Virus record (IMG/VR): IMGVR_UViG_2698536458_000012
Origin: a virus
Taxonomy: Duplodnaviria > Heunggongvirae > Uroviricota > Caudoviricetes
Length of the DNA stretch: 6,042 nucleotides
Reading direction: 5' to 3' (one strand)
The notes beneath the pieces were generated by a model that was given only the letters and a program-made list of their open reading frames with translations, made no database searches and was not told where the DNA came from. A program made the position numbers and the translations under genes. Position 1 is the stretch's first letter. Each line of letters opens with the position of its first letter. Below are positions 1 through 5,859 of the stretch, piece after piece.

Positions 1-1
1 G

Positions 2-271
2 GAAGGAGTGTCCGTTAAACTCAGGCTACCTCAGGTTATTCGCTTCTGGGCATGGGCGGATCAACAAATGATAGACGGTAATGCAGATTGTAACGCTCGC
101 GGCGTTACAAAAAGTGCAATAGATCGCATCACTTTTATGTCTGGTTTTGCTGATGCGTTAATTCAGGTTGGATGGCTGGTCGAAAATGACGGAGGGCTTT
201 CTCTACCTAACTTTGAACGTCATAACGGAAAAAGCTCTAAAAAAAACGGGCGGTTACAAACGAGCGAGTAA
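2..271 (+). CDS. 5'-truncated phage replication protein, N-terminal replisome-organizer-like segment (frame 2)
   Basis: Frame is open from the window edge (codons from position 2); the GTG at 8 has no usable RBS, so the gene probably starts upstream of the window. Segment ends ...GWLVENDGGLSLPNFERHNGKSSKK then TAA at 269-271. The protein-like reading continues in frame 1 straight after the A8 run at 239-246 (KKRAVTNERVTKIRELKRKG...), so this looks like the first piece of a frame-broken gene. Family assignment is from memory, not a search. Confidence 0.55.
   Translation, partial: EGVSVKLRLPQVIRFWAWADQQMIDGNADCNARGVTKSAIDRITFMSGFADALIQVGWLVENDGGLSLPNFERHNGKSSKKNGRLQTSE
89..109. repeat. Inverted repeat TGTAACGC-tcgcg-GCGTTACA (8-bp arms)
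   Basis: Perfect 8-bp arms with a 5-nt spacer, read directly from the sequence; shares the GTAACGC/GCGTTAC core with the palindrome at 299-317. Confidence 0.8.
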
Positions 272-298
272 CAAAAATACGCGAACTGAAACGAAAAG

Positions 299-317
299 GT
301 AACGCTGCCAGCGTTAC
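299..317. repeat. Inverted repeat GTAACGCTG-c-CAGCGTTAC (9-bp arms)
   Basis: Perfect 9-bp arms with a 1-nt spacer; another GCGTTAC half-site follows at 334-340, just upstream of the GAGGAA repeat. Confidence 0.8.
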
Positions 318-342
318 ACAAACGGATCAAAAAGCGTTACCA

Positions 343-380
343 GAGGAAGAGGAAGAGGAAGAGGAAGAGGAAGAGGAAGA
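343..380 (+). repeat. (GAGGAA)6 hexanucleotide tandem repeat, encodes Glu12 in frame 1
   Basis: Six perfect GAGGAA units (343-378) plus GA. In frame 1, the only frame open across this region, it encodes EEEEEEEEEEEE between the organizer-like and DnaT-like segments. Its reverse complement explains the poly-Ser tail of the minus-strand ORF 327-839. Confidence 0.95.
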
Positions 381-458
381 TCTAAATACTGATCTCCCCC
401 TCGCCAAAAACGAGCGTCTAAAAAATTCGAGCCGGAGGCTATTGAGCTGCCCGATTGG

Positions 459-728
459 TTGCCGGAAACACTCTGGCATGAGTGGGTCCGGTTCAGACAG
501 GCATTGCGAAAACCGATTCGAACGGAGCAGGGCGCTAACGGGGCGATACGGGAACTGGAAAAATTCCGTCAGCAGGGTTTTACACCTGAGCAGGTGATTC
601 GACACAGCATCGCCAATGAATACCAGGGCCTGTTCGCGCCGAAAGGTGTTCGGCCTGAGACGTTGCTCCGACAGGTTAACACCGTCTCGTTGCCGGACAG
701 TGCGATCCCGCCAGGCTTCAGGGGGTAA
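459..728 (+). CDS. DnaT-like (primosomal protein I C-terminal domain) segment of the phage replication protein (frame 0)
   Basis: The C-terminus ...ELPDW...VNTVSLPDSAIPPGFRG matches the E. coli DnaT C-terminus (...PDW...VNTVSEPDSQIPPGFRG) as I recall it. Frame 0 is open from 393 after a TGA at 390-392, and the only start codon before the conserved PDW motif is the TTG at 459, so the real N-terminus most likely comes from the upstream frames. Stop TAA at 726-728, 6 nt before the DnaC-like start. Confidence 0.7.
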   Translation: MPETLWHEWVRFRQALRKPIRTEQGANGAIRELEKFRQQGFTPEQVIRHSIANEYQGLFAPKGVRPETLLRQVNTVSLPDSAIPPGFRG

Positions 729-734
729 CGGACC

Positions 735-1481
735 ATGAAAAATATTGCGACAGGCGGCGTTCTGGAACGCATCCGCCGACTGACCCCGCCACATGTAACC
801 GCCCCATTCAGAACGGTAGCGGAGTGGCGCGAGTGGCAACTTGCTGAAGGCCAGAAACGTAGCGAGGAGATCAACCGCCTGAATCGCCAGTTGCGGGTGG
901 AAAAAATTCTGAATCGCTCAGGCATCCAGCCGTTGCACCGTAAATGCTCGTTTGCGAATTACCAGGTGCAGAACGACGGCCAGCGATACGCGTTAAGCCA
1001 GGCGAAATCCATCGCCGATGAACTGATGACCGGGTGTACAAATTTTGCGTTCAGCGGAAAACCTGGTACCGGGAAGAATCACTTAGCGGCAGCTATCGGG
1101 AATCGCCTGCTGAAAGACGGTCAGACAGTGATTGTGGTTACCGTGGCTGATGTTATGAGCGCCCTGCACGCCAGCTATGACGACGGGCAGTCAGGCGAAA
1201 AATTTTTGCGGGAGCTGTGCGAAGTGGATCTGCTGGTTCTTGATGAAATTGGCATTCAGCGCGAGACGAAAAACGAGCAGGTGGTGCTGCACCAGATTGT
1301 TGATCGCCGGACAGCGTCGATGCGCAGCGTGGGGATGCTGACAAACCTGAACTATGAGGTGATGAAAACATTGCTCGGCGAGCGGGTGATGGATCGCATG
1401 GTCATGAACGGCGGGCGCTGGGTGAATTTTAACTGGGAGAGCTGGCGTCCGAATGTTAGCCATTCGAGGGTTGTTAAGTAG
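735..1481 (+). CDS. dnaC: DnaC-like replicative helicase loader (AAA+ ATPase), prophage-encoded homolog
   Basis: The 248-aa product aligns along its whole length with E. coli DnaC from memory: MKN... N-terminus, Walker A FSGKPGTGKNHLAAAI, Walker B DLLVLDEIG, and the MLTNLNYEVMKTLLGERVMDRM block (DnaC: MLTNSNMEEMTKLLGERVMDRM). The G-rich run at 721-725 could serve as an RBS. It sits directly after the DnaT-like gene, as in the chromosomal dnaT-dnaC operon. Confidence 0.92.
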   Translation: MKNIATGGVLERIRRLTPPHVTAPFRTVAEWREWQLAEGQKRSEEINRLNRQLRVEKILNRSGIQPLHRKCSFANYQVQNDGQRYALSQAKSIADELMTGCTNFAFSGKPGTGKNHLAAAIGNRLLKDGQTVIVVTVADVMSALHASYDDGQSGEKFLRELCEVDLLVLDEIGIQRETKNEQVVLHQIVDRRTASMRSVGMLTNLNYEVMKTLLGERVMDRMVMNGGRWVNFNWESWRPNVSHSRVVK

Positions 1482-1483
1482 TT

Positions 1484-1489
1484 TCAGGA
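1484..1489 (+). promoter_or_regulatory. Shine-Dalgarno AGGAGG for the CDS starting at 1496
   Basis: AGGAGG lies 6 nt upstream of the ATG at 1496. Confidence 0.6.
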
Positions 1490-1495
1490 GGATTT

Positions 1496-1918
1496 ATGGC
1501 GAAACCTTTTACTCCCGAACAGCGGGAAGAACTGAAGACGCGAATTGTGGAACTCGTGCATCAGGACGGTCGGGTCACGATTCGGCAGTTGTCAGATGAA
1601 ACAGGTATCAGTCGTGCGTCTGTCGGTCGCTTATGCATAGAACTGGTCGCAAGTGGTGATGTATATAATTCTGGCTACGGCTTATTCCCGTCTGAACAGG
1701 CTCGCAAGGACTGGCAAAGCGCCCGCAAAAAACTCTCGAGAGTAAAGGTGAGGAAACCGGTTGTTGTTGATCCGGACCTTATCTGGTCATTACCTGACGG
1801 AGAAATACGCCGCTACGACAGGCGCCTGAATATAATCTGTCGCGAGTGCCGGAAGAGCGAAGCTATGCAGCGTGTACTGGCTTTCTATCAGGGTAATTTT
1901 CAGGAGGCGATACTGTGA
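1496..1918 (+). CDS. Small phage protein with an N-terminal winged-helix/HTH-like region; function unknown
   Basis: 140-aa ORF with a strong RBS. The N-terminus (ELKTRIVELVHQDGRVTIRQLSDETGISRASVGRLCIELVASGDV) has the pattern of DeoR/Lrp/MarR-type HTH regions. Composition matches the flanking replication genes and it is co-oriented with them. Confidence 0.7.
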   Translation: MAKPFTPEQREELKTRIVELVHQDGRVTIRQLSDETGISRASVGRLCIELVASGDVYNSGYGLFPSEQARKDWQSARKKLSRVKVRKPVVVDPDLIWSLPDGEIRRYDRRLNIICRECRKSEAMQRVLAFYQGNFQEAIL

Positions 1919-1963
1919 ATGAAATTAGCTATCAGGCTTCAATTACCGCTGGCATTCGCATCA

Positions 1964-1974
1964 AAGGAGAGGAG
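1964..1974 (+). promoter_or_regulatory. Shine-Dalgarno (AAGGAGAGGAG) for the ATG at 1976
   Basis: Purine-rich AGGAG-containing tract ends 1 nt before the ATG at 1976, so the spacing is tight depending on which GGAG is used. This supports 1976 as the start over the ATG at 1919 that overlaps the upstream stop. Confidence 0.5.
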
Positions 1975-1975
1975 C

Positions 1976-2332
1976 ATGGAAATAAAACCAGAAGATGAGT
2001 TAAGCAATATCGTTTTATTTCCGGTAAAAGAGGATGACCCTCGTAATCAGGTTAATTTTCTTTATGAGCCATCGGAAAGACCATATTGCCATCACGCCTC
2101 TGTACGGGTTGACGAAAAAGAGCGTCAGGTCCGCTGTAAAATTTGCGGTGCAGTTGTGGAGCCATTTGACTGGATGCTCTCTGTGGCGAAAAGAGAAACC
2201 AGACTGGCAGATGATGTAAGGCTATTGCGCCAGGAGGAACAGGAAAGGCGGAGAAATATAGAAAAGCTGATACAGATTGAGCGTAACGCGAAAGCGCGGA
2301 TACGCAGGGCGACAAAATCCAGAACTGAATAA
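1976..2332 (+). CDS. Small phage protein with a putative zinc-ribbon (CHH...CxxC) and a charged C-terminal helix; function unknown (alternative start 1919)
   Basis: The ORF track gives 1919-2332. The in-frame ATG at 1976 has the better RBS, giving 118 aa. Cys/His cluster YCHHASVRVDEKERQVRCKICG, then an Arg/Glu-rich tail (RLLRQEEQERRRNIEKLIQIERNAKARIRR). Stop TAA at 2330-2332. Confidence 0.6.
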   Translation: MEIKPEDELSNIVLFPVKEDDPRNQVNFLYEPSERPYCHHASVRVDEKERQVRCKICGAVVEPFDWMLSVAKRETRLADDVRLLRQEEQERRRNIEKLIQIERNAKARIRRATKSRTE

Positions 2333-2479
2333 TTAAATTTAGCACTGTTAAAAATTTAATCCTTAACCGGAGGGATTTCTGCACCCTCAAATCATCAGGA
2401 GACCACCCGAAAGGGCGGGGAGCAGTCACACATCTGTTTCCGATAGCCCCGTTCTAATGCTACACTCTTTGATATTTTT

Positions 2480-2686
2480 ATGACCCCAATAAACATATTT
2501 ATGACAGTTGCTGATTTCAAACGGCCCAAATTGGAGCTCNNNNNNNNNNNNNNNNNNNNNNNNNNNNNNNNNNNNNNNNNNNNNNNNNNNNNNNNNNNNN
2601 NNNNNNNNNNNNNNNNNNNNNNNNNNNNNNNNNNCGGTGAACTCGATAAAGAGATTCAGGACGAACTGGAGGCCAGGAATGATTGA
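2480..2686 (+). CDS. Small ORF (68 codons if uninterrupted), partly N-masked; possible small regulator upstream of the methyltransferase
   Basis: ATG at 2480; the readable C-terminus GELDKEIQDELEARND is protein-like; TGA at 2684-2686 overlaps an ATG at 2679 that has a GGAGG RBS. The middle is masked (2540-2634) and no RBS is evident, so this is tentative. Confidence 0.25.
   Translation: MTPINIFMTVADFKRPKLELXXXXXXXXXXXXXXXXXXXXXXXXXXXXXXXXGELDKEIQDELEARND
2668..2672 (+). promoter_or_regulatory. Shine-Dalgarno GGAGG for an ATG at 2679 (ORF runs into masked bases)
   Basis: GGAGG lies 6 nt before the ATG at 2679 (MIDKSPSEFSYKD...). That ORF overlaps the stop of the 2480-2686 ORF in an ATGATTGA arrangement, which suggests translational coupling. 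Confidence 0.4.
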
Positions 2687-2862
2687 CAAATCACCAAGTG
2701 AGTTCAGCTACAAAGATNNNNNNNNNNNNNNNNNNNNNNNNNNNNNNNNNNNNNNNNNNNNNNNNNNNNNNNNNNNNNNNNNNNNNNNNNNNNNNNNNNN
2801 NNNNNNNNNNNNNNNNNNNNNNNNNNNNNNNNNNNNNNNNNNNNNNNNNNGGATTTTACATT

Positions 2863-4629
2863 ATGAATGTGCAACATTTTGATTTTTTTACAGATAATGA
2901 GTTTTCTAATCTGGAAAGATATCAAACTTGTAAAGCCATGGCCAAAGGTTATGCGGGCAATTACAAAACCGGGCAGTCAAGGTTGATGCATGCCCGCTCA
3001 TACTGCTTCAGCATCGTAGCTGCATATTGGGATACCCTTGCAAAAAAGCAAAAAAGCAGCATTAAAATGAGGGCAGTACCGCACACTGTTTACATAGAAG
3101 ACATTCCATGTGATGCACGCGAGCTCGCTGAACGAACAGGTGAGCTTATTGCTCAATTTCCGGCGGAGGACGCTGGATATCTGATTGGGTCAATTTATAC
3201 GGTAATGCTGCCATCCGCTTACCGTTCGGAATTGGGGGCTTACTATACCCCCCCACCTTTGGTAGCGCGTCTCTTGGACCTGGCTGAAAAGTCTGGTGTT
3301 GATTTTTCTCATGCATCGGTTATTGATCCTGCGTGTGGTGGCGGTGCATTTTTGGCACCAGTAGCCATTCGAATGTTAAAAAAAGACAAGGGGTCTTCCC
3401 CTGAATGGATGTTGAGGAGAATCAGTCGTCGTTTAAAGGGGATAGAGATCGATCCATTTGCGGCTTGGATGAGTTTGGTATTGCTCGAATCTGTACTAAT
3501 GCCACTATGTGTAAAGGTAAAACGTAGATTGCCTGAAGATACAATTATTGTTGCTGATGCGCTTCAGCAAGATAAATTTTCTGGTTATGATCTTGTGGTA
3601 GGGAATCCGCCTTACGGACGTGTCACTCTCGATATTAAAACGAGAGAAAAATATTCTCGTTCGTTATTTGGTCATGCAAATCTATATGGATTGTTCACCG
3701 ACTTAGCTGTTCGCATGGTTAAAGAGAAAACAGGAGTTATTGCATTTCTTACGCCAACTTCTTTTCTTGGTGGGCAGTATTTCACCGCGCTGCGAACCCT
3801 TTTGACCGAAAAAACTACTCCGTATGCCCTTGATTTCGTCACTGACAGGGATGGGGTCTTTGACGATGTTCTCCAGGAAACAATGTTGACAGCATTCAAG
3901 GCGGGAGAACATAAAGTTCGGGCCCAGGTATCCTCACTTGTCCCTAAGGGGTTGAACAAAGCAAAAATTGAGAAAATAGGTAATGTTGATATAGAAAAAG
4001 GTGGAGCAACGTGGCTTTTGCCACGCGTTAAAGATGATGCCTGTTTTCTTAATGTATTAAAACAGATGTCTACGCGTTTAGCNNNNNNNNNNNNNNNNNN
4101 NNNNNNNNNNNNNNNNNNNNNNNNNNNNNNNNNNNNNNNNNNNNNNNNNNNNNNNNNNNNNNNNNNNNNNNNNNNNNNNNNNNNNNNNNNNNNNNNNNNN
4201 NNNNNNNNNNNNNNNNNNNNNNNNNNNNNNNNNNNNNNNNNNNNNNNNNNNNNNNNNNNNNNNNNNNNNNNNNNNNNNNNNNNNNNNNNNNNNNNNNNNN
4301 NNNNNNNNNNNNNNNNNNNNNNNNNNNNNNNNNNNNNNNNNNNNNNNNNNNNNNNNNNNNNNNNNNNNNNNNNNNNNNNNNNNNNNNNNNNNNNNNNNNN
4401 NNNNNNNNNNNNNNNNNNNNNNNNNNNNNNNNNNNNNNNNNNNNNNNNNNNNNNNNNNNNNNNNNNNNNNNNNNNNNNNNNNNNNNNNNNNNNNNNNNNN
4501 NNNNNNNNNNNNNNNNNNNNNNNNNNNNNNNNNNNNNNNNNNNNNNNNNNNNNNNNNNNNNNNNNNNNNNNNNNNNNNNNNNNNNGCTACTTAATTCGCA
4601 TGTTGTCGATCGGGCGTTCAGGTGTATAA
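2863..4629 (+). CDS. N6-adenine DNA methyltransferase, gamma class (Eco57I/TaqI-like, NPPY); likely the modification subunit of a type II R-M system
   Basis: Motif X GAYYTPPPLVARLLDLA, motif I VIDPACGGGAFL, motif IV DLVVGNPPYG, and a following IAFLTPTSFLGG block, in the gamma-class order. ATG at 2863 is the first start after the mask, but the frame is also open upstream (TTG 2683, GTG 2698) into masked bases, so the true start is uncertain. Bases 4083-4585 are masked; the frame is consistent across the mask and ends at TAA 4627-4629. Confidence 0.8.
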   Translation: MNVQHFDFFTDNEFSNLERYQTCKAMAKGYAGNYKTGQSRLMHARSYCFSIVAAYWDTLAKKQKSSIKMRAVPHTVYIEDIPCDARELAERTGELIAQFPAEDAGYLIGSIYTVMLPSAYRSELGAYYTPPPLVARLLDLAEKSGVDFSHASVIDPACGGGAFLAPVAIRMLKKDKGSSPEWMLRRISRRLKGIEIDPFAAWMSLVLLESVLMPLCVKVKRRLPEDTIIVADALQQDKFSGYDLVVGNPPYGRVTLDIKTREKYSRSLFGHANLYGLFTDLAVRMVKEKTGVIAFLTPTSFLGGQYFTALRTLLTEKTTPYALDFVTDRDGVFDDVLQETMLTAFKAGEHKVRAQVSSLVPKGLNKAKIEKIGNVDIEKGGATWLLPRVKDDACFLNVLKQMSTRLXXXXXXXXXXXXXXXXXXXXXXXXXXXXXXXXXXXXXXXXXXXXXXXXXXXXXXXXXXXXXXXXXXXXXXXXXXXXXXXXXXXXXXXXXXXXXXXXXXXXXXXXXXXXXXXXXXXXXXXXXXXXXXXXXXXXXXXXXXXXXXXXXXXXXXXXXXXXXXXXXXXXXXXXXYLIRMLSIGRSGV

Positions 4630-4776
4630 GCGGAAGTGTTGCTGTTTCGGCCTATGAATTGAATTCAATNNNNNNNNNNNNNNNNNNNNNNNNNNNNNNN
4701 NNNNNNNNNNNNNNNNNNNNNNNNNNNNNNNNNNNNNNNNNNNNNNTATCGCTGGTTTCTATGGAGTGATGATTGC

Positions 4777-5859
4777 ATGAATCTGCCTGTTGTTCCCCCA
4801 TTGAATGTTATCCGGGAAAGATTACAATTAATTTTCCCTGAAGGGACTGAGAATCGTGGATATTTAATTCGGGAAATAGCTGCAAAAACAATTTTTGTCA
4901 TGTTTTATGCTGGTGCGGTTGAGGGGCTGGGGCGATGGATAAGGCCCAGCCAGGTTGTAAGTATGGGAGATTCGCAGGCTGCTCTTACTGATGATGCGTC
5001 CAGAGAAAGCTGGGTAAAGATGACTTTCTCTAAACAAAAGATAAGGCCTGCTGATGCATGGTATGCGGAAAATACGCGTGAGCCAATACGTGATGAAACT
5101 ATAAAAAATGGCCTAATACCTTGCAATGCAATTGTTGAGCGTAAAGGTATACCCACCACATCCTCTCGTCCTCGTTACAGTTTGAATCGCTCTTTTGCAG
5201 CACTCTTTGATGCCGGGCTTGAAGGAGATTCGCTGCTGAGTGCAATAAGTTCCTGGCAAGAAAATCATTTGAACAAAGCCGCTCTTGCTAGGTTGCGTTT
5301 ATTGAAATCAGGGGCAGTGATTGCTGCTGATGCCGTAGTCGTCACTTTCCCAAATGGAGAGAAGAGAACTTTAGCTCCGGGCCCGTCAAGTACAATAGCT
5401 AAGGCCGTCATCGAAGTTTTTGCTCCTAATTTTCTTAAGAATCCAACTGTGCTCTGGTTGTCTGAATCCGGGAATAAAGTTGTTGCTCAGGATGATGTAT
5501 TGGCAAAAGCATTGGGGCTGAATATTGATGCCTCAAAAGCACTTCCAGATATTATTTTGATTGATTTGGGAGAGGACCGAACGGGTTCGGACATGCTTGT
5601 AGTTTTCACTGAAGTAGTTGCGACAGATGGGCCTATAAACAGGGAACGAAAAGTTACTCTCACTCATTTGGCTATTGACGCTGGGTTCAGCGAGAAAAAT
5701 CTTGCATTCCTTACGGCATTTATGGACAGAAGTGCTCTGCCTTTTAAAAAGGCAATACCAGAATTGGCGTGGGGATCTTATGCATGGTTTGCTTCTGAAC
5801 CGGAGCACTTAATTGATCTTCGGGATGGTTATCCGGTAAAGATCAGCCAGAGAAAATGA
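4777..5859 (+). CDS. Putative type II restriction endonuclease, possibly BsuBI/PstI family; partner of the upstream methyltransferase
   Basis: 360-aa ORF co-oriented with and directly downstream of the methyltransferase, sharing its AT-rich composition. GGAG at 4763-4766 could serve as an RBS. The family label comes from recalled similarity to BsuBI/PstI-annotated proteins, not from a search. A possible acidic cluster (PDIILIDLGEDR...VVFTEVVATDG) is present but no canonical PD-(D/E)xK could be confirmed by eye. Confidence 0.5.
   Translation: MNLPVVPPLNVIRERLQLIFPEGTENRGYLIREIAAKTIFVMFYAGAVEGLGRWIRPSQVVSMGDSQAALTDDASRESWVKMTFSKQKIRPADAWYAENTREPIRDETIKNGLIPCNAIVERKGIPTTSSRPRYSLNRSFAALFDAGLEGDSLLSAISSWQENHLNKAALARLRLLKSGAVIAADAVVVTFPNGEKRTLAPGPSSTIAKAVIEVFAPNFLKNPTVLWLSESGNKVVAQDDVLAKALGLNIDASKALPDIILIDLGEDRTGSDMLVVFTEVVATDGPINRERKVTLTHLAIDAGFSEKNLAFLTAFMDRSALPFKKAIPELAWGSYAWFASEPEHLIDLRDGYPVKISQRK

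Noticed and set aside
343-380. Tandem repeat considered as a CRISPR array or other array
   Set aside because: Units are 6 bp with no spacers and lie inside an open reading frame; it is a coding microsatellite, not a CRISPR array.
327-839. Minus-strand 170-aa ORF with a poly-Ser tail
   Set aside because: It is antisense to the DnaT-like and replication coding region, and its poly-Ser run is just the reverse complement of the GAGGAA repeat; composition is Arg-rich and low-complexity, typical of a spurious antisense frame.
569-925. Minus-strand 118-aa ORF
   Set aside because: Antisense to the well-supported DnaT-like and DnaC-like genes; no RBS; its residue composition looks like a random open frame.
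1153-1463. Minus-strand ORFs 1153-1371 and 1191-1463
   Set aside because: Both lie wholly inside the DnaC-like gene on the opposite strand; the DnaC-like frame has clear Walker motifs, so these are treated as antisense artefacts.
2034-2219. Plus-strand 61-aa ORF in an alternative frame
   Set aside because: Nested in a different frame inside the better-supported 1976-2332 gene; no RBS.
2052-2429. Minus-strand 125-aa ORF
   Set aside because: Antisense to the 1976-2332 gene, which has a strong RBS and operon-consistent orientation; its product is hydrophobic and low-complexity without recognisable features.
2469-2500. Possible sigma70 promoter (TTGATA -35-like hexamer) upstream of the 2480 ORF
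   Set aside because: No convincing -10 hexamer at 16-19 bp spacing (AACATA, ACATAT or CATATT only), so not called.
3672-3959. Minus-strand ORFs inside the methyltransferase (3672-3959, 3703-3912)
   Set aside because: Antisense to a region carrying unmistakable methyltransferase motifs, and short.
4659-4668. Palindrome TTGAATTCAA containing an EcoRI site next to a mask
   Set aside because: A single short palindrome in AT-rich intergenic sequence; no basis to assign function, and the adjacent sequence is masked.
2540-4746. Four N runs (2540-2634, 2718-2850, 4083-4585, 4670-4746)
   Set aside because: These are masked or undetermined bases, not biological features; X-runs in the ORF track derive from them, and they limit confidence in gene boundaries in the cargo region.
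4665-5159. Minus-strand ORFs 4665-4901 and 4905-5159
   Set aside because: The first runs into masked bases and is antisense to the partner-gene start; the second is antisense within the partner gene; neither has a supporting signal.
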